Shown: positions 39,941 through 51,189 of the stretch, piece by piece
How the letters are laid out: every line of letters begins with the position of its first letter
Numbering within the stretch: position 1 is the first letter of the stretch
Program-made: the position numbers and the translations under genes
Source of the DNA: Macrostomum hystrix
Taxonomy: Eukaryota; Animalia; Platyhelminthes
Direction of reading: 5' to 3'
NCBI GenBank assembly: GCA_950097015.1
Contig: CATNEN010000012.1
Coordinates: forward strand, 1,240,001-1,304,000
DNA: 64,000 nt
The notes under the pieces: model-generated
The model's database searches: none
What the model was told of the DNA's origin: nothing
What the model saw: the letters and a program-made list of their open reading frames with translations, nothing else

Positions 39941-42537
39941 TTACCGATTATTCTTGACCAACTGCAGACGCTGCCGCAATGCTCGTTTTGGAGCTAAGGG
40001 ATCTGTCCGACTGAGTATCTCCATATTTCGCTTTCTCGTCTTTGTAACCAGCTGCTTCTTCCTCTCTTCCTCTTCCTGCTGCTGCTTCCTCTCTTCCTCT
40101 TCCTGCTGCTGCTGCTTCTTCCTCTCTTCCTCTTCCTGCTGCTGCTTCTTCCTCTCTTCCTCTTCCTGCTGCTGCTTCTTCCTCTCTTCCTCTTCCTGCT
40201 GCTTCTTCCTCTCTTCCTCTTCCTGCTGCTTCTTCCTCTCTTCCTCTTCCTGCTGCTGCTTCTTCCTCTCTTCCTGCTGCTTCTTCCTCTCTTCCTCTTC
40301 CTGCTGCTGCTTCTTCCTCTCTTCCTCTTCCTGCTGCTTCTTCCTCTCTTCCTCTTCCTGCTGCTGCTTCTTCCTCTCTTCCTCTTCCTGCTGCTTCTTC
40401 CTCTCTTCCTCTTCCTGCTGCTGCTTCTTCCTCTCTTCCTCTTCCTGCTGCTTCTTCCTCTCTTCCTCTTCCTGCTGCTGCTTCTTCCTCTCTTCCTCTT
40501 CCTGCTGCTTCTTCCTCTCTTCCTCTTCCTGCTGCTGCTTCTTCCTCTCTTCCTCTTCCTGCTGCCGCTCGTCCGCATACAGTTGGTTTCCGTTCTGTGT
40601 TCGTCGTCGCCGCCTTTGAGGCATTCGCTGCATGCTAGACAAGCAGCGAATAAAAGCAGATAGTGTTCGGAGCGCAGTGATGTCGGCGACAGCAATCAAC
40701 TGCCGAATATCGTGCAGTACCTGTTGACGCAAACGCTGTACCGGCCGACTTGAAGGCAAGCGCCAAATTGCAGGCTGACGGCGCGAAGAGAAAGAAGCAT
40801 TTTCAGTCGGACTTAGAACTGTTGGATGAACTGCTGCTTGCAACCAAATATTCCGGGTGTCCGGAAAGTCATGAGAAAACTACAAAAGGTTAATTATAAA
40901 AACGCGCAGAACAGTGAAACTTTACTAATCAGTAATGTAATTTCCCCTGAAGTCAATCACAGCTTGGCAGTGCTCCACGAGCCGTAGAACCTCGCGTTTC
41001 AAGCAGTTTGCATCCAGACCCCTCGCCCACTGCAACGCGGCCTCGCGGACCTCATCGTGGCTGCTGAACTCCCGCTTCGAGAAGTCCGATTTCAGCCAAT
41101 TGAAGAAAAAACGGTCGCATAAATTGAAATCAGGGCTGTAGGGACTCTGAAAAAGCAGTTGAACTCCACGAGTCTCCATGTACTGCTGCACAGGCTGGGC
41201 CACATGAGGTCGTGCGTTGTCCCACTGCCACAAGACTTCGGACAGATGAATTGGCTGTGATCTGAGGCTCCGCCATAGGTCACCTGTGTGTCGAACGAAT
41301 TCAACGATGCGATTGGCATCAACAGTCTGCTTTGGCGCCGTTGACATGATAGAGAATCGCTTGCTTGGGGTGAAAGCGACTACCAGCATTGTCTTTGGGT
41401 CCCCGACTGAGTGTCTCACAACTTGAGGTCGATGGTCGCCTTGACCCAGCCAGCACCGGTTGTTCTGCCGTGTACCAGTGTTTTAAGGTACACCCACGTC
41501 TCGTCCTCCACCACGTACTTGTTGCAGAAGCTGGTCATGCCCTCGGTATGAAAAATCCGACGTATTTGCTTGGCACAATTGACGCGAGCAACCTTGTTCT
41601 CCTCGGAGAGAACATGCGGGACCCACACGGCAGACACATTGCGAAGTTGCAGGTCTTCAGTCAATATTTCATGCACTGTTGATTTCCCAACCTCCATGAA
41701 GTCAGCAAGATCTCTGACACTCACTTTTGGGTCTTCTTTCACGAGATTTCTGCAGGTCTCGATCAGCTCTGGTGTTCTCGTCGATCTCGGCCGGCCAGTA
41801 CGGGCAGCTTGGGCCAGTGGGTACGACTCGTCACGGAACCTTGTGTACCATCGGTACACTGACGACAGACCAGGCGCCACATCTCCATGCACTTTCAGCA
41901 GTTCTCCATGGCAATCAGGAGCAGATATACCAAGCTTATACCTGGTATAAGCATAAGCTTGAAACACGTCCATCTCAAAGCAGCAGCAAGGATCAATGAA
42001 GAAAAAAGTAACGATAGATGCTTGCTTTGCCTCTGCGTTGCAGTGGCCTAGACTTCTAAGTTATAACCATCAGCCTTACCCCCAAATTTGAAGCAAGAAT
42101 CTAGCTCTTTCAGCCATAGACATATATTAAGTCAAGTGTTAGAATGGTACAGTATCTTGTCAATAGCTTGTGTCTAAGTAGTTAGAATAACACATTCTCA
42201 TGACTTTCCGGACACCAGAAGTAGCTCCGTTTCTTCTATGCTCCGCCTGGCACTTTCCACCGCTGCCGTAAACACTGTGTAGGAAGGCTGCTTTAGTCGA
42301 ATCAGCGACCAGCTGTACGACAGCAACTTGATCGTGACCGCATCGACGGAAACCTTCGCGAACTCGAATCTTCAGGGCACTAAAAGCTCGAGTACACGCA
42401 CAGAGACGTTGACAAACAGTGTCAATTGCTTGGCCGTCAGACAGAGAGAAGACAACAATAGACGGCAGCGTAGGACAGGGTAAAACAGGCCCGGGATCCG
42501 GAAGGTCTGCGTCGCAGGAACTCTTCAGCAGCTTCTC
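39941..42537 (-). CDS. Foldback gene 2 (unknown protein with an E/K/Q repeat), split by mariner
   Basis: From the acceptor TTTTCAG at 42538, segments 42537-42222 and 40848-39941 total 1224 nt, giving 407 stop-free codons plus a stop. Confidence 0.6.
40054..40565. repeat. 27/30-bp microsatellite-like repeat (EEEERKKQQ(Q) on the minus strand)
   Basis: CTTCTTCCTCTCTTCCTCTTCCTGCTG(CTG) units. Confidence 0.95.
40851..42221 (-). mobile_element. Mariner (DD34D) transposon, 1371 bp
   Basis: TA TSDs at 40849-40850 and 42222-42223. TIR core GGTGTCCGGAAAGTCATGAGAA at both ends. Confidence 0.95.
40925..41973 (-). pseudogene. Mariner transposase with one frameshift near 41485
   Basis: WVPHVL, EDETW, WDNARPH, YSPDFNLCD; 34 residues separate the second and third Asp. 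Confidence 0.95.
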
Positions 42538-42637
42538 CTGAAAAAGTGTGAAAAGAAATAAACGAAACTGAAGACAAGAACTGGCGGATATATGATAACA
42601 CTTCGCTATGCTTCATCATATTCGATAATCAATATAC

Positions 42638-43779
42638 TTCGATCGAAGTTGGATCGAGGTTGCATTGAGGTTGGATCGAGTTGTTAGAAGTTGGATTGAG
42701 GATGGATCGAGGTTGGATTGAGGTTGGATCGAGTTGTTACAAGCTGGATCAAAGTTGGATCAATGTTGGATTGAGGTTGGATCTAGTTGTTAGAAGTTGG
42801 ATCAAAGTTGGATCGAGGTTGCATTGAGGTTGGATCGAGTTGTTAGAAGTTGGATTAAAGTTGGATCGAGGTTGGATTGAGGTTGGATCGAGTTGTTACA
42901 AGCTGGATCAAAGTTCGATCGAGGTTGCATTGAGGTTGGATCGAGTTGTTAGAAGTTGGATTGAGGATGGATCGAGGTTGGATTGAGGTTGGATCGAGTT
43001 GTTACAAGCTGGATCAAAGTTGGATCAATGTTGGATTGAGGTTGGATCTAGTTGTTAGAAGTTGGATCAAAGTTGGATCGAGGTTGGATTGAGGTTGGAT
43101 CGAGTTGTTAGAAGTTGGATCAAAGTTGGATCGAGGTTGCATTGAGGTTGGATCTAGTTGTTAGAAGTTGGATCAAAGTTGGATCGAGGTTGCATTGAGG
43201 TTGGATCGAGTTGTTAGAAGTTGGATTAAAGTTGGATTGAGGTTGGATTGAGGTTGGATCGAGTTGTTACAAGCTGGATCAAAGTTCGATCGAGGTTGCA
43301 TTGAGGTTGGATCGAGTTGTTAGAAGTTGGATTGAGGATGGATCGAGGTTGGATTGAGGTTGGATCGAGTTGTTACAAGCTGGATCAAAGTTGGATCAAT
43401 GTTGGATTGAGGTTGGATCTAGTTGTTAGAAGTTGGATCAAAGTTGGATCGAGGTTGGATTGAGGTTGGATCGAGTTGTTAGAAGTTGGATCAAAGTTGG
43501 ATCGAGGTTGCATTGAGGTTGGATCTAGTTGTTAGAAGTTGGATCAAAGTTGGATCGAGGTTGGATTGAGGTTGGATCGAGTTGTTAGAAGTTGGATCAA
43601 AGTTGGATCGAGGTTGCATTGAGGTTGGATCGAGTTGTTAGAAGTTGGATTGAGGTTGGATCGAGTTGTTAGAAGTTGGATTAAAGTTGGATCGAGGTTG
43701 CATTGAGGTTGGATCGAGTTGTTAGAAGTTGGATCGAAGTTGGATTGAGGTTGGATCGAGTTGTTACAAGCTGGATCGA
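42638..43779. repeat. Same tandem mosaic, inverted and about twice as long, in the right TIR
   Basis: GGTTGGATCGA and GTTGTTAGA units. Confidence 0.95.
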
Positions 43780-45372
43780 AGTATCAAATCCAAAATATCA
43801 TTTGCAGTGCAACATTTTGATTCCTGCTAAATATATTTAGTAAGATTGCTACCAGTATACTTTTCTTCAAAGTTTACCCCCAAAAACCAATGTGACAAAA
43901 GAACACCTTGGTTAATTATAGACAAAATAAATCCTTTTACATTAATAGACTAGACTTTCAAGATTTACCTTTATGCCTATCATTATTAACATGGTGATGG
44001 ATCTTTGTATATTCACAATTATGCATCCATTTATTAGCCTACTTTTCTTTAGCAAACAACTTTTGCTTTCTTTTGGGTAAGCAAACAACTTAGCAGAGGT
44101 TTTTTATAGTATAGTATCCTTTCTATAGGAAAAGGCCTATTATAAAATCAGCTTAGAGAAGGCCATAGAAAAAAGCTATATTTAGAAGGACCATTAACTT
44201 CGTGGAGCATGCATTATATTATAAATACTACATACATTGTAAAAATGCATCTTCACCCTCAACTAGGCAACTAAGGCATTGCAAGGCTTATAGCTAGTAT
44301 AGGATCTGTAATATTTCGACAAATTAGAACACCACCTTTACTAAATTATAGAGTACATATATATATATATATATACAAAATATACAAATATAAATATAAG
44401 TATATATACAAAAATATATACAAGCCCATAGGAGGAAGGCAATGTTCGAGATTCCTCCAAAAATATATATAAGCCCATAGGAGGAAGGCAATATTCGAGA
44501 TTCCTATTATTTTATTTGCTTTGCGCAGTTAAAGTAGCTCGGGTGGTCAACGTCTTGAATTTTGAATTTATTCTTTTCTATCGAAGTAAACAAACACCAG
44601 TATAAAAAGGCTTTATGCTGCTAACCAAATGGTAAGGTATTTTATTATTCGCACTATTTATTTTATGTGCATTAGTCTTGCTCGCTATAATCGTACAAGA
44701 GCTTGATCATGCAACGAAAATATTTGTGCTATTATGCTCCGATTGTCTGCTCACAACAAAATTGCCAAAAAGGTGTGAAATGTTGTGGGTAAATGTATTC
44801 TGAAGTATGGCACACATGGATACCTTCGTTTAGGTCAATATTTTCGAGTTGGCACAACTGTGCCACACTGAGTAAATTGCAGCAACCGATTTTTGTTTAA
44901 AAAATCTATATTTTTACCTTTCACACTGAACAAAAAAGCCTGAAAGCCAAACAGCTGCCACTTTTTTTACCTATTTGTTGTATTTTGGTCCCAAGTTCAA
45001 GAATTTATAATTGGCACACATCTCCTTTTCACTGTCACGTTACAAAATAACATCTACCGTTCCAGCAACCGTATTTTACATTCCCGGGTTTTTTAATCAC
45101 CCCCAGCGTCGAAGCCCAGCCTACAAGGTCACCGAAAAGCAATGGCACACGCTTAACTAAGGTCGCTTTACAGAAATTGTTAAGTTGTAGATGTGGCACA
45201 GGCAATATTAAAAATTCGGTAGCTGGCGTGGTTGTTGCGGACCGGGAAGTCGCATCGACCCCGGATGCAGGAAAAAGACTCACTTCTGCACCGGTATCCA
45301 CTAGAAAACGCCGACCTGTGTGTATGTCCGGGATAAGCAAAAGATTGTTGTTCTCGCCGGTCGTCGAGGTGT

Positions 45373-46062
45373 TTATTGACGACCGACCTGGCCGCTTCCC
45401 TGGAACTTGCAGGGTGGCTCGCAACGGCGGGCCTTGGCACCGAACTTGCGATGGAAGAAACACAAGTCGTGTTGCTCGTCAGAGGGTGGATGTCGGATGG
45501 GTCGACGTCTGTCGTCGCGGCGGTGTTGCGCAGCAGCGACTAAGGGCAGTTGTTCAGCCAGCTGGGCGGTGGCGATCACCGGCTGGGGGCGGCAGGCCCA
45601 CAGCTCGTCGGCACGTTGTGCGACCGCCCTTGGATCGGCGAAATCGGCGGACACCAGCGCCAATCGGATTTCGCTTGGAAGCTGTTGGCGGAACAACTCC
45701 TCAAACAGCAAGCAGGGCCGGTGGTCGCCGAGCAAAGCGAGCATTTCGTCCTGGGACGGTTTCCTGTCGCCCAACCCCGACATGCTCAATAACTGGCTGG
45801 CACGCTGCTGTCGTGAAAGGCTGTAGGTGTTGAGAAGGCGGGCCTTTAGCTTTTCGTATTTCTGGGCATCGGGGGCGTTCTCGAGCACATCTAGGAGACG
45901 CTCTGCTGTTTCCTGGTCCAATGCCGCCACTAGATGGCAGTACTTAGTCGTATCTAGGGTGACGTTCCGGAGGCTAAACTGCGCCTCGGCTTGGATGAAC
46001 CAGGCGCGTGGTTGTGAAGTCCAAAACGCTGGAAGCTTCGCGGTGACAGCAGATTCGGTCAT
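45373..46062 (-). CDS. gag: Gypsy gag
   Basis: KLPAFWTSQPRAWFIQAEAQF..CFFHRKFGAKARRCEPPC. It overlaps pol at G GGA AGC, a degenerate GGGAAAC-type slippery site. Confidence 0.9.
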   Translation of the reverse strand: MTESAVTAKLPAFWTSQPRAWFIQAEAQFSLRNVTLDTTKYCHLVAALDQETAERLLDVLENAPDAQKYEKLKARLLNTYSLSRQQRASQLLSMSGLGDRKPSQDEMLALLGDHRPCLLFEELFRQQLPSEIRLALVSADFADPRAVAQRADELWACRPQPVIATAQLAEQLPLVAAAQHRRDDRRRPIRHPPSDEQHDLCFFHRKFGAKARRCEPPCKFQGSGQVGRQ

Positions 46063-46079
46063 CCTCAAGCAGTCGGTTG

Positions 46080-46097
46080 ATCACGTCGGGCTCACCA
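46080..46097 (-). promoter_or_regulatory. Primer-binding site, probably for tRNA-Trp
   Basis: Minus strand TGGTGAGCCCGACGTGAT, one mismatch to the complement of the metazoan tRNA-Trp 3' end ATCACGTCGGGGTCACCA (recalled, not searched). Confidence 0.75.
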
Positions 46098-46098
46098 A

Positions 46099-46321
46099 TG
46101 TAGAGGATCAGAACTCTAGCATATATTTGTGGGTAGCTCTCTAGCTTGCGAGCAGAAAGTTAAACAATAAAACTCGCGCGACAAGTGCCTTCATCTAAGT
46201 TGCAACTGTGCGTCAGACTAAGGACCATAGACGATAACTAAGTCAACAAGGGTTTGGGGAAACGATGGTCAAGTGGCCTGGCAAAGTACTGGCCGAAATC
46301 TTCGCTTTTAGGTCCGCTACA
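46099..46321 (-). mobile_element. Gypsy 5' LTR
   Basis: Near-identical to 29650-29872. Confidence 0.95.
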
Positions 46322-46325
46322 ACAT

Positions 46326-46527
46326 ATTTATTAAATCCATTCATAAAGATGGCACTGTTACTGGTTCTTAACTTATATTCAGAGAAAAGTTAGATGGTTA
46401 TCCATATTCCTCGCGTTTGCTTAATATAGGAATTTATGCAGTTTCTCGAACTATTGTTTCTGGTTTACCAGAAGGTAAAGCTATCGCGTTTCCTAAGGAA
46501 ACAGAGTTTGTTATATTTCCTCTATAA
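46326..46527 (+). pseudogene. C-terminal end of the EnSpm transposase, beyond the Gypsy insertion
   Basis: Removing Gypsy plus one ACAT gives DNKYIFIKSIHKDGTVTGS*LIFREKLDGYPYSSRLLNIGIY..FVIFPL* in frame, with an internal TAA at 46369-46371. Confidence 0.8.
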
Positions 46528-46554
46528 ACGTATGTTAGGTAGACTGGTAGCTGG

Positions 46555-47052
46555 TACGGTTGGCAATCGGGGAATTTTTTTCGGGGTTCGGGGAATCGGG
46601 GGTATCAGGAACCTGGAGAAATCGGGGAGTTCGGGGAATCAGGGAATCGGGGACTTGGCAAAACCGGGGAGTCGGGGAATCAGGGAATCGGGGACCTGGA
46701 AAAATCGGGGAGTCGGGGAATCAGGGAATCGGGGACTTGGCAAAATCGGGGAGTCGGGGAATCGGGGACCTGGAAAAATCGGGGAATCAGGGAATCGGGG
46801 ACCTGAAAAAATCGGGGAGTCGGGGAATCGGGGACTTGGTAAAATCGGGGAATCGGGGACCTGGAAAAATCGGGGAGTCGGGGAATCGGGGACCTGGAAA
46901 AATCGGGGAGTCGGGGAATCGGGGACCTGGAAAAATCGGGGAGTCGGGGAATCGGGGACCTGGAAAAATCGGGGAGTCGGGGAATCGGGGACCTGGAAAA
47001 ATCGTGGATCCCCGAATTTTCGGGGAATTCCAGTCCCCGACTGCCAACCCTA
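46555..47052. mobile_element. hAT-type MITE filled with a G-rich 33-bp tandem repeat
   Basis: TIR TACGGTTGGCAATCGGGGA versus TAGGGTTGGCAGTCGGGGA. 8-bp TSD GTAGCTGG at 46547-46554 and 47053-47060. Confidence 0.88.
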
Positions 47053-47654
47053 GTAGCTGGCCGTTGACTTAGCATATTTTATTTCGCTTACTTCTTTTCA
47101 GAAATATAAATGATCTGCAAAAAGGTTGTTACAGTGAAAATCTTAACTTTTGGCTTAAAAAAATTTTGTTGCTGCTTTTCGTTCGCCTTTTTTGCAGTTT
47201 TACATTTGCTATCTTTCAATCGCACATCACTGATGTAAGATTTTAATCATGTCTGAACTACACTACACATGATCTTATGAAAACATCTAGCCGCTAGCTT
47301 GCATAACCGAATATGCAATGCACGTATGTGTACAAGTATATGGGAAGCAAATGCAGCTGCTGAATCGCAGTCGGATAGTCGGCGGCAAATGAGCTACGTG
47401 TACGGGGTATCGGGCGGCAGGACAGCGGCCCCAGCGCTACATGCCGAAAGGCTGGCGGCAAGCCGGCAGTGTCGCTGCTACAAATCGCCTGCGAGCCGCC
47501 ATCTTTCCTTGGCGCATGCCGCCGGCGGTTCCGCCGCTATGCCGCCAGCGACGTCGCTGTCGGGCCGCCTACTTTTTTCCCAGCGGGAACATATTTATCG
47601 AGCACTCCTTGCTTCGTGTTCCTGCACTTGCTCACTTGCTTTGCTTGCCTGCTT

Positions 47655-47940
47655 TGCTACAATTCGTAGCAAAAGTACATTTTTTTCATTTCTACTAACA
47701 TTTATACTAAGCTGCTACTAACATTTACCCTCCGACCCTTTAGCTGGCTAACACTTAAAAGATTCGCATGCTTCGCATGATTTTCATATCTGACCTCTGT
47801 GTCCCTGTAACTAAAAGTTTGCTACAATACGTAGCAAAAGTTCATTTTTTCATTTCTACAAACATTTATACTAAGCTGCTACTAACATTTACTCTCCGAC
47901 CCTTAAGCTAGCTCACTTAAAAGATTAGCATGCTTCCCAT
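47655..47940. repeat. ~115-bp direct repeat pair
   Basis: GCTACAAT.CGTAGCAAAAGT...GCATGCTTC at ~47655 and ~47820. Confidence 0.8.
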
Positions 47941-50291
47941 CTGATTACAGGCAATCGTTATAGACAAAGATAAATATGTAAATTGGGTCTGAAACATTCC
48001 ATATTTTTTCCAGACGTTCTCCATGAACACCTGACGCCTGGTACACGGTCAGGTGTGTCAAGAAACGGAAGCTGCGGATGACATTGATCGATGCCTATTA
48101 TATTAATTCTATTTTTTAGAACATGGCTTCAACTCAAAGCGAACGACTCACCGTGCCAAAACTCCGACAAAAGATAGGGAATATTAGTTCACAAATTTGG
48201 TACGGTGTGGTTTGTGAAAAAAAATTCGTGATGCGCAACGCTTTAGTATTAATTAAAATGTTTTCTAATGTCGTTGTTGTTTTCTACATACTTTCAGAAT
48301 CTGCCGGCGGATCTGGTCGTATGGAGTACAAAAAGTGTTAAAAAAACTGGGTCAATTGGCCTTTCGGCATTCCGTCGGATCAGCCACCCAAATATTTAAA
48401 GGCCAAACAGCCCCACGCCTTATGGAACAATATAGACAATATTAGATTTTCTGTTTCTCTGTTGTCGACGATGAGCAACCCGGTAGTAGTACGATCGTGC
48501 TGGCCGCGGACCGATCATGCGTGTGTTACCTTCTCTGAGCTCTTCTGGAAGTCGAATTAATGGTTGCGATCCTGTCGTACGATCTGGACCTGCTTTTTCG
48601 GTCATTAGTGAGATTCCTGAGCCTGTGTATTACGAGATTGTTTAAAGGTTAAGGAGCCTTAGTCATTGGTTAGCAATGTAGACTCAACGGCCTAACGGAA
48701 CTGTAAGAGTATGCATGTAATTCGCCTGCTAGTTTAGTTTAATTGTTTATTCAGGCAGCATTTTTTATACTAATTTTGGTGTGTTCTGATTATGATGTTC
48801 CAAAGTATCTAGTTTTAGTTAGTTAATATTTTATCGTTGCAATTATTGCTTCATATTGTACTGTGCAGCAGTCACAATGAAACCCGTTATTACATGAGGC
48901 TTCCAAAATGTAGTTAATCAGCAATTCGGAGAAACGTCACTTTTTATTTAGACCGCTGGCTAGACGCCTTTCGCCATCGGTAACACAGTTTAGAACTCCA
49001 CTGGTTCGCATGAGTGATGACCGTTTCGGACTCTCAGAGACTATTATTTGCGCTCTCAAAGTGGCTACAGCTGACAAAGCAGGTAAAAATCGGTGGGAAT
49101 AGGTGTGGTGAATGGGCCGTTGCAGAAAGGATTTCCAGGCCCGCACGTGTCGCACTCACGAGATTTCGGGTGTGAGAGCTAGGTTTTGCATTGAAACAGC
49201 AGATGCAGGCGCTCATGTCCAACATAAGCCGCAGCAATTATTTTCATATAAGGCATTTACTGTTTCCTAGATTTTCTGAAATCATAATGTGCGCGATGTT
49301 TGAATGGTAACGCTTTTAACCCCCTGAAATGACGAGCAATATGGGAGTTTTGCACAAACGTTACAAGTTTATGTTTACAATAGACTCGAATAGTTGGACA
49401 ATGCTTAGCATCAAGACTTTATAATATTGACGTTTGTGAGTGCATCGTAAACCAGCATTTAAACTTTTATCAACATCAATAAAGCATTTCAAACTTATAG
49501 AAAAAGTTTTGATTTTACAGGAAATGATGAAACTGTGCACTTCTATTTTTTTCACTTGCCTGGTTAATTTGCTGCTGAAGTTATTCTATATTTATGTTAT
49601 CGTTGCAATTATTGCTTCATTGCACTGTGCAGCAGTCACAATGAAACCCGTTATAACCATTGCCATTTAATAAATTTCTACTAAAAATCTTGATAACGAT
49701 ACTGATGTTTTGTTCAGTACATGTTGTTGAATAATTCCTTGATCAGCTAGCGCAGATTTTTTGCAGTAAGACGCTGTGCTTTTGAATATTTAATTTCTAA
49801 CTGATGTTCATGTTGATACGGGGGGCGCTGCCACGGAATACATGTACATTACAAACAGGTACATCATATACCTGCGCGCATGATGCGCCAAAAGAGATGC
49901 TATTTAAGCAACGAAGTTTATCTATTTGGCGGCTCTTGACTTACTTTCGGTGTGATAAGCGAAGTTTGAGTTCGTGTTCGGAGGGGAAAGTACTCCCATT
50001 CCGAATCCGAAGCACGGGCTCGTATATTGATAGCTTTCTTGCCGTGTTACTTATTGCACAATGACAACGGTAAGCTGCGCTGACCACATGGTCACGACCT
50101 GGTCACATGTCACGACCGTGATCGTGACAACAATTTCAAAAATGATGAAACTGCGCGTATCGTATTGTCATACGATACGCTGGTCAGTGACGTATAAAAA
50201 AGCAACCATTTTTTACTATTATGTCGAAGCGATTGGGAATTGAGGTACATAGCGATTAAAAAGTATGTACATGTATATTTACATGCGTCAT

Positions 50292-50533
50292 CAGGCGCGT
50301 CGCCACCAGGGGGCATGTCCCCCCACCGAAAAAGTTAAGGGGGACAAGCCTATTCTACGAGCGTATGTCCCCATACTAATGTCACAACAGTTCAATACTG
50401 TATAAGAACTGAAATTGACAAGTACACTTTTAAATTCGATCTCTCTTGTTAAGTCGTTTCTAAACTCAACTAAACTCAAATAAATTCTTTTCAACCTTGT
50501 CCCCCCCACCAAAAAAACGTGGCGACGCGTCTG
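50292..50533. mobile_element. hAT-type MITE, 242 bp
   Basis: 15-bp TIR CAGGCGCGTCGCCAC / GTGGCGACGCGTCTG with one mismatch. Flanks TGCGTCAT and TGCG(CG)TCAT resemble an 8-bp TSD with slippage. Confidence 0.75.
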
Positions 50534-51189
50534 TGCGCGTCATAATCAGGTAGAATTGTAGATGAGATGGGAGGCCTTGCGGAGAGAAATCACTAGTCGA
50601 GAAAATTGCGAAAATATTGCAATTATTACAATTTCTCTTGCACAATCAAACAATATTGCAAAAATTGCAATTTTAATTGCAAAAGCTAAACTGTAAAATG
50701 CTTGCAATAATTGCAATTATAATTACGGATATAATATAATTACAATTAAATTAATAATAATAATAATATAATATAATAATACAATTATAATATAATTATA
50801 ATTCTTACAATCATTATAAGAAGTTTTTATAACGTGACTATACTATAATTGCTTTGATAAATCTACTTCTGGGAATGGCCGCGAAGAAGCTTGTCGAACT
50901 TAGTTTTTTGTCATGTCGAATGAGTGAAGTCATGTATTGTAGCAAATACCTTCATTTGTTTACAGATTTTACTTTGGACACCTAGATAAAATATGGCTGT
51001 GCCATGTGGTCCACCTTGTGTACAATGATACAAAGCACAAAAAACAAGTTGCTGGGTCTATAAATTTTTTTGATGTGGAGTGTGCTGCGGGAATCGAGTG
51101 AGAGTGTGAGCCAGCATAATTTTTCAAATTTTTTAAGTGTCTAATAATTGCGACCCACGTAGCAGCTGGCCGCAAACACGATCATTAAT

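Larger units (their letters stand above)
32900..45250. mobile_element. Foldback/MULE-like DNA transposon, 12,351 bp, with very long TIRs
   Basis: 9-bp TSD CGCATCGAC (32891-32899, 45251-45259). Removal restores Gypsy protease SGVDARTITPGPPLLAANGS in frame. TIRs at 32900-35065 and 42556-45250. Confidence 0.92.
29650..46321 (-). mobile_element. Ty3/Gypsy LTR retrotransposon (~4.3 kb without the insert)
   Basis: Two 223-bp TG..CA LTRs with 3 differences, 4-bp TSD ACAT (29646-29649, 46322-46325), PBS, PPT and gag-pol. Confidence 0.96.
24355..47587 (+). mobile_element. EnSpm/CACTA (CMC superfamily) DNA transposon, ~6.05 kb once nested inserts are removed
   Basis: Left TIR CCCGCTCGGAAAAGTTTCGGCGGCCCGACAGCG; right TIR reverse complement CCCGCTGGGAAAAAAGTAGGCGGCCCGACAGCG. 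2-bp TSD AA at 24353-24354 and 47588-47589. Confidence 0.88.

Noticed and set aside
46436-47075. [11 protein letters not shown]-repeat ORFs
   Set aside because: Translations of the 33-bp MITE repeat, open in several frames.
48123-48341. Possible SAP-like motif (LTVPKLRQKI)
   Set aside because: Too short, with no supportable exon structure.
50950-51180. Transposase relic of the second CACTA element
   Set aside because: Only a vague resemblance to EnSpm C-termini, with stops and no catalytic motifs.
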